This document shows positions 16,381-34,900 of a stretch of DNA of 64,000 nucleotides, one piece after another. Location of the stretch: positions 208,630,001 through 208,694,000 of the forward strand of contig OZ024741.1 of the NCBI GenBank assembly GCA_964016885.1, read 5' to 3'. Position numbers and translations under genes: made by a program. Source of the DNA: Eledone cirrhosa (lineage: Eukaryota). The notes below the pieces were generated by a model that did not search any database, had not been told where the DNA came from, and saw only the letters and a list, made by a program, of their open reading frames with translations. Every line of letters begins with the position of its first letter. Position 1 is the stretch's first letter.

Positions 16381-19300
16381 TACAACCAACACTACCACTA
16401 CACAGAACTACCACCATCACCACAACAACCAACACCACCACTTCCCAGAACTGCCACCATCACCACTACAACCAACACCACCACTTCCCAGAACTACCAC
16501 CATCACCACTACAACCAACAACTCCACTTCGCAGAACCACCACCATCACCACTACAACCAACACTACCACTACACAGAACTACCACCATCACCACTACAA
16601 CCAACACCACCACTTCCCAGAACTACCACCATCACCACTACAACCAACACCACCACTACCCAGATCTACCACCATCACCACTACAACCACCACCACCACT
16701 TCCCAGAACTACCACTATCACCACTACAACCAACACCACCACTTCCCAGAACTACCACCATCACCACTGCAACCAACACCACCACTTCCCAGAACTACCA
16801 CCATCACCACTACAACCAACACCACCACTTCCCAGAACTACCACCATCACCACTACAACCAACACCACCACTTCCCAGAACTACCACCATCACCACTACA
16901 ACCAACACTACCACTACACAGAACTACCACCATCACCACTACAACCAACACCACCACTTCCCACACCTGCCACCATTACCACTACAACCAACCCCACCAC
17001 TTCCCAGAACTACCACCATCACCACTACAACCAACAACTCCACTTCGCAAAACTACCACCATCACCACTACAACCAACACTACCTCTACACAGAACAACC
17101 ACCATCACCACTACAACCACCACCACCACTTCCCAGAACTACCACTATCACCACTACAACCAACACCACCACTTCCCAGAACTACAACCAACACCACCAC
17201 TACCCAGATCTACCACCATCACCACTACAACCACCAACACCACTTCCCGGAACTACCACTATCACCACTACAACCAACACCACCACTTCCCAGAACTACC
17301 ACCATCATCACTATAACCAACACCACCACTTCCCAGAACTACCACCATCAAAACTACAACCACCATCACCACTACAAACAACACCACCACTTCCCAGAAC
17401 TGCCACCATCACCACTACAACCAACACCACCACTACCCAGATCTACCACCATCACCACTACAACTACCACCACCACTTCCCAGAACTACCACCATCACCA
17501 CCACCACCATCAACACCACAACCAGCACCACCACTTCCCAGAACTACTACCATCATCACTACAACCAACACCACCACTTCCCAGAACTACCACCATCACC
17601 ACTATAACCAACACCACAACTACCCAGAACTACCACCATCACCACTACAACCAACACCACCACTACCCAGAACTACCACCATCACCGCTACAACCACCAC
17701 CACCACTTCCCAGAACCACCACTATCACCACTACAACCAACACCACCACTTCCCAGAACTACCACCATCACCACTACAACCACCACGACCACTACCCAGA
17801 ACTACCACCATCACCGCTACAACCACCACCACCACTTCCCAGAACTACCACCATCACCACTACAACTACCACCACCACTTCCCAGAACTACCACCATCAT
17901 CACTACAACCAACACCACCACTACCCAGATCTACCACCATCACCACTACAACCACCACCACCACCACTTCCCAGAACTAACACTATCACCACTACAACCA
18001 ACACCACCACTTCCCAGAACTACCACCATCACCACTACTACCAACACCACCACTACCCAGATCTACCACCATCACCACTACAACCACCACCACCACTTCC
18101 CAGAACTACCACTATCACCACTACAACCAACACCACCACTTCCCAGAACTACCACCATCACCACTACAACCAACACCACCACTACCCAGAACTACCACCA
18201 TCACCAATACAACCACCACCACCACTTCCCAGAACTACCACCATCACCACTACAATCAACACCACCACTTCCCAGGACAACCACCATCATCACTACAACC
18301 AACACCACCACTTCCCAGAACTACCACCATCATCACTACAACCAACACCACCACTACCCAGAACTACCACCATCACCACTACAACCAACACCACCACTTC
18401 CCAGAATTACCACCATCACCTCTACAACCAACACCAGCACTCGGCAGAACAACCACCATCATCACTACAACCAACACCACCACTTCCCAGAACTACCACC
18501 ATCACCACTACAACCAAAACCACCACTTCCCAGAACTACCAGCATCACCACTACCACCTTCACCACTTCAACCAACACCACCACTTCCCAGAACTACCAC
18601 CATCACCACCACAACCAGCACCACCACTACCCAGAACTACTACCATCATCACTACAACCAACACCACCACTTCCCAGAACTACCACCATCACCACTACAA
18701 CCAAAACCACCACTTCCCAGAACTACCAGCATCACCACTACCACCTTCACCACTTCAACCAACACCACCACTTCCCAGAACTACCACCATCACCACCACA
18801 ACCAGCACCACCACTACCCAGAACTACCACCATCACCACTACAACCAATACCACCACTTCCCAGAACTACCACCATCACCACCACCACCATCAACACCAC
18901 AACCAGCACCACCACTACCCAGAACTACTACCATCATCACTACAAGCAACACCACCACTTCCTAGAACTACCACCATCACCACTACAACCAACACTACCA
19001 CTACACAGAACTACCACCATCACCACTACAACCACCACCACCACATCCCAGAACTACCACTATCACCACCACAACCAACACCACCACTTCCCAGAACTAC
19101 CACCATCACCACTACAACCAACACCACCACTACCCAGATCTACCACCATCACCACTACAACCACCACCACCACTTCCCAGAACTAGCACTATCACCACTA
19201 CAACCAACACCACCACTTCCCAGAACTACCACGATCACCACTACAACCAACACCACCACTACCCAGAACTACCACCATCACCACTACAACCAACACCACC

Positions 19301-22300
19301 ACTTCCCAGAACTACCACCATCACCACTACAACCAACACCACCACTACCCAGATCTACCACCATCACCACTACAACCACCACAACCACTTCCCAGAACTA
19401 CCACTATCACCACTACAACCAACACCACCACTTCCCAGAACTACCACCATCACCACTGCAATCAACACCACCACATCCCAGAACTGCCACCATCACCACT
19501 ACAACCAACACCACCACTTCCCAGAACTACCACCATCACCACTACAACCAACAACTCCACTTCGAAGAACTACCACCATCACCACTACAACCAACACCAC
19601 CACTTCCCAGAACTACCACCATCACCAATACAACCAACACTACCACTACACAGAACTACCACCATCACCACTACAACCAACACCACCACTTCCCAGAACT
19701 GCCACCATCACCACTACAACCAACACCACCACTTCCCAGAACTACCACAATCACCACTACAACCAACAACTCCACTTCGCAGAACTACCACCATCACCAC
19801 TACAACCAACACTACCACTACACAGAAATACCACCATCACCACTACATCCACCACCACCACTTCCCAGAACTACCACTATCACCACTACAACCAACACCA
19901 CCACTTCCCAGAACTACAACCAACACCACCACTACCCAGATCTACCACCATCACCACTACAACCAACACCACCACTTCCCAGAACTACCACTATCACCAC
20001 TACAACCAACACCACCACTTCCCAGAACTACCACCATCATCACTATAACCAACACCACCACTTCCCAGAACTACCACCATCAACACTACAACCACCATCA
20101 CCACTACAACCAACACCACCACTACCCAGATCTACCACCATCACCACTACAACCACCACAACCACTTCCCAGAACTACCACTATCACCACTACAACAAAC
20201 ACCACCACTTCCCAGAACTACCACCATCACCACTGCAATCAACACCACCACTTCCCAGAACTACCACCATCACCACTACAACCAACACCACCACTTCCCA
20301 GAACTACCACCATCACCACTACAACCAACACCATCACTTCCCAGAACCACCACCATCACCACTACAACCAACACCACCACTTCCCAGAACTACCACCATC
20401 ACCACTACAACCAACACTACCACTACACAGAACTACCACCATCACCACAACAACCAACACCACCACTTCCCAGAACTGCCACCATCACCACTACAACCAA
20501 CACCACCACTTCCCAGAACTACCACCATCACCACTACAACCAACAACTCCACTTCGCAGAACTACCACCATCACCACTACAACCAACACCACCACTACAC
20601 AGAACTACCACCATCACCACTACAACCAACACCACCACTTCCCAGAACTACCACCATCACCACTACAACCAACACCACCACTACCCAGATCTACCACCAT
20701 CACCACTACAACCACCACCACCACTTCCCAGAACTACCACTATCACCACTACAACCAACACCACCACTTCCCAGAACTACCACCATCACCACTGCAACCA
20801 ACACCACCACTTCCCAGAACTACCACCATCACCACTACAACCAACACCACCACTTCCCAGAACTACCACCATCACCACTACAACCAACACCACCACTTCC
20901 CAGAACTCCCACCATCACCTCTACAACCAACACCAGCACTCGCCAGAACAACCACCATCATCACTACAACCAGCACCACCACTTCCCAGAACTACCACCA
21001 TCACCACTACAACCAAAACCACCACTTCCCAGAACTACCAGCATCACCACTACCACCTTCACCACTTCAACCAACACCACCACTTCCCAGAACTACCACC
21101 ATCACCACCACAACCAGCACCACCACTACCCAGAACTACTACCATCATCACTACAGCCAACACCACCACTTCCCAGAACTACCACCATCACCACCACAAC
21201 CATCACCACCACTACCCAGAACTACCACTATCACCACTACAACCAACACCACAACTACCCAGAACTGCCACCATCACCACTACAACCAACACCACCACTA
21301 CCCAGAACTACCAGCATCACCACTACCACCATCACCACTACAACCAACACCACCACTTCCCAGAACTACCACCATCATTACTACAACCAATACCACCACT
21401 TCCTAGAACTACCACCATCACCACTACAACCAACACTACCACTACACAGAACTACCAACATCACCACTACAACCACCACCACCACTTCCCAGAACTACCA
21501 CTATCACCACTACAACCAACACCACCACTTCCCAGAACTACCACCATCACCACTACAACCAACACCACCACTACCCTGATCTACCACCATCACCACTACA
21601 ACCACCACCACCACTTCCCAGAACTACCACTATCACCACTACAACCAACACCACCACTTCCCAGAACTACCACGATCACCACTACAACCAACACCACCAC
21701 TACCCAGAACTACCACCATCACCACTACAACCAACACCACCACTTCCCAGAACTACCACCATCACCACTACAACCAACACCACCACTACCCAGATCTACC
21801 ACCATCACCACTACAACCACCACAACCACTTCCCAGAACTACCACTATCACCACTACAACAAACACCACCACTTCCCAGAACTACCACCATCACCACTGC
21901 AATCAACACCACCACTTCCCAGAACTACCACCATCACCACTACAACCAACACCACCACTTCCCAGAACTACCACCATCACCACTACAACCAACACCACCA
22001 CTTCCCAGAACCACCACCATCACCACTACAACCAACACCACCACTTCCCAGAACTACCACCATCACCACTACAACCAACACTACCACTACACAGAACTAC
22101 CACCATCACCACAACAACCAACACCACCACTTCCCAGAACTGCCACCATCACCACTACAACCAACACCACCACTTCCCAGAACTACCACCATCACCACTA
22201 CAACCAACAACTCCACTTCGCAGAACTACCACCATCACCACTACAACCAATACTACCACTACACAGAACTACCACCATCACCACTACAACCAACACCACC

Positions 22301-25300
22301 ACTTCCCAGAACTACCACCATCACCACTACAACCAACACCACCACTACCCAGATCTACCACCATCACCACTACAACCACCACCACCACTTCCCAGAACTA
22401 CCACTATCACCACTACAACCAACACCACCACTTCCTAGAACTACCACCATCACCACTGCAACCAACACCACCACTTCCCAGAACTACCACCATCACCACT
22501 ACAACCAACACCACCACTTCCCAGAACTACCACCATCACCACTACAACCAACACCACCACTTCCCAGAACTACCACCATCACCACTACAACCAACACTAC
22601 CACTACACAGAACTACCACCATCACCACTACAACCAACACCACCACTTCCCACACCTGCCACCATTACCACTACAACCAACCCCACCACTTCCCAGAACT
22701 ACCACCATCACCACTACAACCAACAACTCCACTTCGCAAAACTACCACCATCACCACTACAACCAACACTACCTCTACACAGAACAACCCCCATCACCAC
22801 TACAACCACCACCACCACTTCCCAGAACTACCACTATCACCACTACAACCAACACCACCACTTCCCAGAACTACAACCAACACCACCACTACCCAGATCT
22901 ACCACCATCACCACTACAACCACCAACACCACTTCCCGGAACTACCACTATCACCACTACAACCAACACCACCACTTCCCAGAACTACCACCATCATCAC
23001 TATAACCAACACCACCACTTCCCAGAACTACCACCATCAAAACTACAACCACCATCACCACTACAACCAACACCACCACTTCCCAGAACTGCCACCATCA
23101 CCACTACAACCAACACCACCACTACCCAGATCTACCACCATCACCACTACAACTACCACCACCACTTCCCAGAACTACCACCATCACCACCACCACCATC
23201 AACACCACAACCAGCACCACCACTTCCCAGAACTACTACCATCATCACTACAACCAACACCACCACTTCCCAGAACTACCACCATCACCACTATAACCAA
23301 CACCACAACTACCCAGAACTACCACCATCACCACTACAACCAACACCACCACTACCCAGAACTACCACCATCACCGCTACAACCACCACCACCACTTCCC
23401 AGAACCACCACTATCACCACTACAACCAACACCACCACTTCCCAGAACTACCACCATCACCACTACAACCACCACGACCACTACCCAGAACTACCACCAT
23501 CACCGCTACAACCACCACCACCACTTCACAGAACTACCACCATCACCACTACAACTACCACCACCACTTCCCAGAACTACCACCATCATCACTACAACCA
23601 ACACCACCACTACCCAGATCTACCACCATCACCACTACAACCACCACCACCACCACTTCCCAGAACTACCACTATCACCACTACAACCAACACCACCACT
23701 TCCCAGAACTACCACCATCACCACTACTACCAACACCACCACTACCCAGATCTACCACCATCACCACTACAACCACCACCACCACTTCCCAGAACTACCA
23801 CTATCACCACTACAACCAACACCACCACTTCCCAGAACTACCACCATCACCACTACAACCAACACCACCACTACCCAGAACTACCACCATCACCAATACA
23901 ACCACCACCACCACTTCCCAGAACTACCACCATCACCACTACAATCAACACCACCACTTCCCAGGACAACCACCATCATCACTACAACCAACACCACCAC
24001 TTCCCAGAACTACCACCATCATCACTACAACCAACACCACCACTTCCCAGAATTACCACCATCACCTCTACAACCAACACCAGCACTCGGCAGAACAACC
24101 ACCATCATCACTACAACCAACACCACCACTCCCAGAACTACCACCATCACCACTACAACCAAAACCACCACTTCCCAGAACTACCAGCATCACCACTACC
24201 ACCTTCACCACTTCAACCAACACCACCACTTCCCAGAACTACCACCATCACCACCACAACCAGCACCACCACTACCCAGAACTACTACCATCATCACTAC
24301 AACCAACACCACCACTTCCCAGAACTACCACCATCACCACCACTACCCAGAACTACCACTATCACCACTACAACCAACACCACCACTACCCAGAACTACC
24401 ACCATCACCACTACAACCAACACCACCACTTCCCAGAATTACCACCATCACCTCTACAACCAACACCACCACTTCCCAGAACTACCACCATCACCACTAC
24501 AACCAACAACTCCACTAAACAGAACTACCACCATCACCACTACAACCACCACCACCACTTCCCAGAACTACCACTATCACCACTACAAACAACACCACCA
24601 CTTCCCAGAACTACAACCAACACCACCACTACCCAGATCTACCACCATCACCACTACAACCACCACCACCACTTCCCAGAACTACCACTATCACCACTAC
24701 AACCAACACCACCACTTCCCAGAACTACCACCATCATCACTATAACCAACACCACCACTTCCCAGAACTACCACCATCACCACTACAACCAACAACTCCA
24801 CTTCGAAGAACTACCACCATCACCACTACAACCAACACCACCACTTCCCAGTACTACCACCATCACCACTACAACCAACACTACCACTACACAGAACTAC
24901 CACCATCACCACTACAACCAACACCACCACTTCCCAGAACTGCCACCATCACCACTACAACCAACACCACCACTTCCCAGAACTACCACCATCACCACTA
25001 CAACCAACAACTCCACTTCGCAGAACTACCACCATCACCACTACAACCAACACTACCACTACACAGAAATACCACCATCACCACTACAACCACCACCACC
25101 ACTTCCCAGAACTACCACTATCACCACTACAACCAACACCACCACTTCCCAGAACTACAACCAACACCACCACTACCCAGATCTACCACCATCACCACTA
25201 CAACCACCACCACCACTTCCCAGAACTACCACTATCACCACTACAACCAACACCACCACTTCCCAGAACTACCACCATCATCACTATAACCAACACCACC

Positions 25301-28300
25301 ACTTCCCAGAACTACCACCATCAACACTACAACCACCATCACCACTACAACCAACACCACCACTACCCAGATCTACCACCATCACCACTACAACCACCAC
25401 AACCACTTCCCAGAACTACCACTATCACCACTACAACAAACACCACCACTTCCCAGAACTACCACCATCACCACTGCAATCAACACCACCACTTCCCAGA
25501 ACTACCACCATCACCACTACAACCAACACCACCACTTCCCAGAACTACCACCATCACCACTACAACCAACACCATCACTTCCCAGAACCACCACCATCAC
25601 CACTACAACCAACACCACCACTTCCCAGAACTACCACCATCACCACTACAACCAACACTACCATTACACAGAACTACCACCATCACCACAACAACCAACA
25701 CCACCACTTCCCAGAACTGCCACCATCACCACTACAACCAACACCACCACTTCTCAGAACTACCACCATCACCACTACAACCAACAACTCCACTACACAG
25801 AACTACCACCATCACCACTACAACCACCACCACCACTTCCCAGAACTACCACTATCACCACTACAACCAACACCACCACTTCCCAGAACTACAACCAACA
25901 CCACCACTACCCAGATCTACCACTATCACCACTACAACCAACACCACCACTTCCCAGAACTACCACCATCATCACTATAACCAACACCACCACTTCCCAG
26001 AACTACCACCATCACCACTACAACCAACACCACCACTACCCAGATCTACCACCATCACCACTACAACTACCACCACCACTTCCCAGAACTACCACCATCA
26101 CCACCACCACCATCAACATCACAACCAGCACCACCACTTCCCAGAACTACTACCATCATCACTACAACCAACACCACAACTACCCAGAACTACCACCATC
26201 ACCACTACAACCAACACCACCACTACCCAGAACTACCACCATCAGCGCTACAACCACCACCACCACTTCCCAGAACCACCACTATCACCACTACAACCAA
26301 CACCACCACTTCCCAGAACTACCACCATCACCACTACAACCAACACCACCACTAACCAGATCTACCACCATCACCACTACAACCACCACCACCATTTCCC
26401 AGAACTACCACTATCAGCACTACAACCAACACCACCACTTCCCAGAACTACCACCATCACCACTACAACCAACACCACCACTACCCAGAACTACCACCAT
26501 CACTGCTGCAACCACCACCACCACTACCCAGAACTACCACGATCACCGCTACAACTACCACCACCACTTCCCAGAACTACCACCATCACCACTACAACTA
26601 CCACCACCACTTCCCAGAACTACCACCATCATCACTACAACCAACACCACCACTACCCAGAACTACCACCATCACCGCTACGACCACCACCACCACTTCC
26701 CAGAACTACCACCATCACCACTACAACTACCACCACCACTTCCCAGAACTACTACCATCACCACTACAACCAACACCACCACTATCCAGATCTACCACCA
26801 TCACCACTACAACCACCACCACCACTTCCCAGAACTACCACTATCACCACTACAACCAACACCACCACTGCCCAGAACTACCACCATCACCACTACAACC
26901 AACACCACCACTACCGAGATTTACCACGATCACCACTACGACCACCACCACCACTTCCCAGAACTACCACTATCACCACTACAACCAACACCACCACTTC
27001 CCAGAACTACCACCATCACCACTACAACCAACACCACCACTACCCAGAACTACCACCATCACCAATACAACCACCACCACCACTTCCCAGAACTACCACC
27101 ATCACCACTACAATCAACACCACCACTTCCCAGGACAACCACCATCATCACTACAACCAACACCACCACTTCCCAGAATTACCACCATCATCACTACAAC
27201 CACCACCACCACTACCCAGAACTACCACCATCACCACTACAACCAACACCACCAATTCCCAGAATTACCACCATCACCTCTACAACCAACACCAGCACTC
27301 GCCAGAACAACCACCATCATCACTACAACCAACACCACCACTTCCCAGAACCACCACCATCACCACTACAACCAAAACCACCACTTCCCAGAACTACCAG
27401 CATCACCACTACCACCTTCACCACTACAACCAACACCACCACTTCCCAGAACTACCACCATCACCACTACAACCAACACTACCACTACACAGAACTACCA
27501 CCATCACCACTACAACCAACACCACCACTTCCCACACCTGCCACCATTACCACTACAACCAACCCCACCACTTCCCAGAACTACCACCATCACCACTACA
27601 ACCACCACGACCACTACCCAGAACTACCACCATCACCGCTACAACCACCACCACCACTTCCCAGAACTACCACCATCACCACTACAACTACCACCACCAC
27701 TTCCCAGAACTACCACCATCATCACTACAACCAACACCACCACTACCCAGATCTACCACCATCACCACTACAACCACCACCACCACCACTTCCCAGAACT
27801 ACCACTATCACCACTACAACCAACACCACCACTTCCCAGAACTACCACCATCACCACTACTACCAACACCACCACTACCCAGATCTACCACCATCACCAC
27901 TACAACCACCACCACCACTTCCCAGAACTACCACTATCACCACTACAACCAACACCACCACTTCCCAGAACTACCGCCATCACCACTACAACCAACACCA
28001 CCACTACCCAGAACTACCACCATCACCAATACAACCACCACCACCACTTCCCAGAACTACCACCATCACCACTACAATCAACAACACCACTTCCCAGGAC
28101 AACCACCATCATCACTACAACCAACACCACCACTTCCCAGAACTACCACCATCATCACTACAACCAACACCACCACTTCCCAGAACTACCACCATCACCA
28201 CTACAACCAACACCACCACTTCCCACACCTGCCACCATTACCACTACAACCAACACCACCACTTCCCAGAACTACCACCATCACCACTACAACCAACAAC

Positions 28301-30534
28301 TCCACTTCGCAAAACTACCACCATCACCACTTCAACCAACACTACCTCTACACAGAACAACCACCATCACCACTACAACCACCACCACCACTTCCCAGAA
28401 CTACCACTATCACCACTACAACCAACACCACCACTTCCCAGAACTACAACCAACACCACCACTACCCAGATCTACCACCATCACCACTACAACCACCAAC
28501 ACCACTTCCCGGAACTACCACTATCACCACTACAACCAACACCACCACTTCCCAGAACTACCACCATCCTCACTATAACCAACACCACCACTTCCCAGAA
28601 CTACCACCATCAAAACTACAACCACCATCACCACTACAACCAACACCACCACTTCCCAGAACTGCCACCATCACCACTACAACCAACACCACCACTACCC
28701 AGATCTACCACCATCACCACTACAACTACCACACCACTTCCCAGAACTACCACCATCACCACCACCACCATCAACACCACAACCAGCACCACCACTTCCC
28801 AGAACTACTACCATCATCACTACAACCAACACCACCACTTCTCAGAACTACCACCATCACCACTATAACCAACACCACAACTACCCAGAACTACCACCAT
28901 CACCACTACAACCAACACCACCACTACCCAGAACTACCACCATCACCGCTACAACCACCACCACCACTTCCCAGAACCACCACTATCACCACTACAACCA
29001 ACACAACCACTTCCCAGAACTACCACCATCACCACTACAACCACCACGACCACTACCCAGAACTACCACCATCACCGCTACAACCACCACCACCACTTCC
29101 CAGAACTACCACCATCACCACTACAACTACCACCACCACTTCCCAGAACTACCACCATCATCACTACAACCAACACCACCACTACCCAGATCTACCACCA
29201 TCACCACTACAACCACCACCACCACCACTTCCCAGAACTACCACTATCACCACTACAACCAACACCACCACTTCCCAGAACTACCACCATCACCACTACT
29301 ACCAACACCACCACTACCCAGATCTACCACCATCACCACTACAACCACCACCACCACTTCCCAGAACTACCACTATCACCACTACAACCAACACCACCAC
29401 TTCCCAGAACTACCACCATCACCACTACAACCAACACCACCACTACCCAGAACTACCACCATCACCAATACAACCACCACCACCACTTCCCAGAACTACC
29501 ACCATCACCACTACAATCAACACCACCACTTCCCAGGACAACCACCATCATCACTACAACCAACACCACCACTTCCCAGAACTACCACCATCATCACTAC
29601 AACCAACACCACCACTACCCAGAACTACCACCATCACCACTACAACCAACACCAACACTTCCCAGAATTACCACCATCACCTCTACAACCTACACCAGCA
29701 CTCGGCAGAACAACCACCATCATCACTACAACCAACACCACCTCTTCCCAGAACTACCACCATCACCACTACAACCAAAACCACCACTTCCCAGAACTAC
29801 CAGCATCACCACTACCACCTTCACCACTTCAACCAACACCACCACTTCCCAGAACTACCACCATCACCACCACAACCAGCACCACCACTACCCAGAACTA
29901 CTACCATCATCACTACAACCAACACCACCACTTCCCAGAACTACCACCATCACCACCACTACCCAGAACTACCACTATCACCACTACAACCAACACCACC
30001 ACTACCCAGAACTACCACCATCACCACTACAACCAACACCACCACTTCCCAGAATTACCACCATCACCTCTACAACCAACACCAGCACTCGGCAGAACAA
30101 CCACCATCATCACTACAACCAACACCACCACTTCCCAGAACTACCACCATCACCACTACAACCAAAACCACCACTTCCCAGAACTACCAGCATCACCACT
30201 ACCATCTTCACCACTTCAACCAACACCACCACTTCCCAGAACTACCACCATCACCACCACAACCAGCACCACCACTACCCAGAACTACCACCATCACCAC
30301 TACAACCAATACCACCACTTCCCAGAACTACCACCATCACCACCACCACCATCAACACCACAACCAGCACCACCACTACCCAGAACTACTACCATCATCA
30401 CTACAAGCAACACCACCACTTCCTAGAACTACCACCATCACCACTACAACCAACACTACCACTACACAGAACTACCACCATCACCACTACAACCACCACC
30501 ACCACATCCCAGAACTACCACTAATACCACCACA

Positions 30535-33500
30535 ACCAACACCACCACTTCCCAGAACTACCACCATCACCACTACAACCAACACCACCACTACCCAGAT
30601 CTACCACCATCACCACTACAACCACCACCACCACTTCCCAGAACTAGCACTATCACCACTACAACCAACACCACCACTTCCCAGAACTACCACGATCACC
30701 ACTACAACCAACACCACCACTACCCAGAACTACCACCATCACCACTACAACCAACACCACCACTTCCCAGAACTACCACCATCACCACTACAACCAACAC
30801 CACCACTACCCAGATCTACCACCATCACCACTACAACCACCACAACTACTTCCCAGAACTACCACCATCACCACTACAACCAACAACTCCACTTCGCAGA
30901 ACTACCACCATCACCACTACAACCAACACTACCACTACACAGAAATACCACCATCACCACTACAACCAACACCACCACTTCCCAGAACTACCACCATCAC
31001 CACTACAACCAACAACTCCACTTCGCAGAACTACCACCATCACCACTACAACCAACACTACCACTACACAGAAATACCACCATCACCACTACAACCACCA
31101 CCACCACTTCCCAGAACTACCACTATCACCACTACGACCAACACCACCACTTCCCAGAACTACAACCAACACCACCACTACCCAGATCTACCACCATCAC
31201 CACTACAACCACCACCACCACTTCCCAGAACTACCACTATCACCACTACAACCAACACCACCACTTCCCAGAACTACCACCATCATCACTATAACCAACA
31301 CCACCACTTCCCAGAACTACCACCATCAACACTACAACCACCATCACCACTACAACCAACACCACCACTTCCCAGAACTACCACCATCACCACTACAACC
31401 AATACAATCACTTCCCAGAACCACCACCATCACCACTACAACCAACACCACCACTTCCCAGAACTACCACCATCACCACTACAACCAACACTACCACTAC
31501 ACAGAACTACCACCATCACCACAACAACCAACACCACCACTTCCCAGAACTGCCACCATCATCACTACAACCAACACCACCACTTCCCAGAACTACCACC
31601 ATCACCACTACAACCAACAACTCCACTTCGCAGAACTACCACCATCACCACTACAACCAACACCACCACTTCCCAGAACTACCACCATCACCACTGCAAC
31701 CAACACCACCACTTCCCAGAACTACCACCATCACCACTACAACCAACACCACCACTTCCCAGAACTACCACCATCACCACTACAACCAACACCACCACTT
31801 CCCAGAACTACCACCATCACCACTACAACCAACACTACCACTACACAGAACTACCACCATCACCACTACAACCAACACCACCACTTCCCACACCTGCCAC
31901 CATCACCACTACAACCAACACCACCACTTCCCAGAACTACCACCATCACCACTACAACCAACAACTCCACTACACAGAACTACCACCATCACCACTACAA
32001 CCACCACCACCACTTCCCAGAACTACCACTATCACCACTACAACCAACACCACCACTTCCCAGAACTACAACCAACACCACCACTACCCAGATCTACCAC
32101 CATCACCACTACAACCACCACCACCACTTCCCAGAACTACCACTATCACCACTACAACCAACACCACCACTTCCCAGAACTACCACCATCATCACTATAA
32201 CCAACACCACCACTTCCCAGAACTACCACCATCACCACTACAACCAACAACTCCACTTCGAAGAACTACCACCATCACCACTACAACCAACACCACCACT
32301 TCCCAGAACTACCACCATCACCACTACAACCAACACTACCACTACACAGAACTACCACCATCACCACTACAACCAACACCACCACTTCCCAGAACTGCCA
32401 CCATCACCACTACAACCAACACCACCACTTCCCAGAACTACCACCATCACCACTACAACCAACAACTCCACTTCGCAGAACTACCACCATCACCACTACA
32501 ACCAACACTACCACTACACAGAAATACCACCATCACCACTACAACCACCACCACCACTTCCCAGAACTACCACTATCACCACTACAACCAACACCACCAC
32601 TTCCCAGAACTACAACCAACACCACCACTACCCAGATCTACCACCATCACCACTACAACCACCACCACCACTTCCCAGAACTACCACTATCACCACTACA
32701 ACCAACACCACCACTTCCCAGAACTACCACCATCACCACTACAACCAACACCACCACTACCCAGATCTACCACCATCACCACTACAACCACCACCACCAC
32801 TTCCCAGAACTAGCACTGTCACCACTACAACCAACACCACCACTTCCCAGAACTACCACGATCACCACTACAACCAACACCACCACTACCCAGAACTACC
32901 ACCATCACCACTACAACCAACACCACCACTTCCCAGAACTACCACCATCACCACTACAACCAACACCACCACTACCCAGATCTACCACCATCACCACTAC
33001 AACCACCACAACTACTTCCCAGAACTACCACCATCACCACTACAACCAACAACTCCACTTCGCAGAACTACCACCATCACCACTACAACCAACACTACCA
33101 CTACACAGAAATACCACCATCACCACTACAACCAACACCACCACTTCCCAGAACTACCACCATCACCACTACAACCAACAACTCCACTTCGCAGAACTAC
33201 CACCATCACCACTACAACCAACACTACCACTAGACAGAAATACCACCATCACCACTACAACCACCACCACCACTTCCCAGAACTACCACTATCACCACTA
33301 CGACCAACACCACCACTTCCCAGAACTACAACCAACACCACCACTACCCAGATCTACCACCATCACCACTACAACCACCACCACCACTTCCCAGAACTAC
33401 CACTATCACCACTACAACCAACACCACCACTTCCCAGAACTACCACCATCATCACTATAACCAACACCACCACTTCCCAGAACTACCACCATCAACACTA

Positions 33501-34900
33501 CAACCACCATCACCACTACAACCAACACCACCACTTCCCAGAACTACCACCATCACCACTACAACCAACACCATCACTTCCCAGAACCACCACCATCACC
33601 ACTACAACCAACACCACCACTTCCCAGAACTACCACCATCACCACTACAACCAACACTACCACTACACAGAACTACCACCATCACCACAACAACCAACAC
33701 CACCACTTCCCAGAACTGCCACCATCACCACTACAACCAACACCACCACTTCCCAGAACTACCACCATCACCACTACTACCAACAACTCCACTTCGCAGA
33801 ACTACCACCATCACCACTACAACCAACACCACCACTTCCCAGAACTACCACCATCACCACTGCAACCAACACCACCACTTCCCAGAACTACCACCATCAC
33901 CACTACAACCAACACCACCACTTCCCAGAACTACCACCATCACCACTACAACCAACACCACCACTTCCCAGAACTACCACCATCACCACTACAACCAACA
34001 CTACCACTACACAGAACTACCACCATCACCACTACAACCAACACCACCACTTCCCACACCTGCCACCATCACCACTACAACCAACACCACCACTTCCCAG
34101 AACTACCACCATCACCACTACAACCAACAACTCCACTACACAGAACTACCACCATCACCACTACAACCACCACCACCACTTCCCAGAACTACCACTATCA
34201 CCACTACAACCAACACCACCACTTCCCAGAACTACAACCAACACCACCACTACCCAGATCTACCACCATCACCACTACAACCACCACCACCACTTCCCAG
34301 AACTACCACTATCACCACTACAACCAACACCACCACTTCCCAGAACTACCACCATCATCACTATAACCAACACCACCACTTCCCAGAACTACCACCATCA
34401 CCACTACAACCAACAACTCCACTTCGAAGAACTACCACCATCACCACTACAACCAACACCACCACTTCCCAGAACTACCACCATCACCACTACAACCAAC
34501 ACTACCACTACACAGAACTACCACCATCACCACTACAACCAACACCACCACTTCCCAGAACTGCCACCATCACCACTACAACCAACACCACCACTTCCCA
34601 GAACTACCACCATCACCACTACAACCAACAACTCCACTTCGCAGAACTACCACCATCACCACTACAACCAACACTACCACTACACAGAAATACCACCATC
34701 ACCACTACAACCACCACCACCACTTCCCAGAACTACCACTATCACCACTACAACCAACACCACCACTTCCCAGAACTACAACCAACACCACCACTACCCA
34801 GATCTACCACCATCACCACTACAACCACCACCACCACTTCCCAGAACTACCACTATCACCACTACAACCAACACCACCACTTCCCAGAACTACCACCATC
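30535..34900. repeat. 2166-bp higher-order tandem duplication (2 copies)
   Basis: TAGCAC 30645/32811, CGACC 31135/33301 and CCCACACCTG 31887/34053, all at offset 2166. A few private SNPs differ between the copies. Confidence 0.9.
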
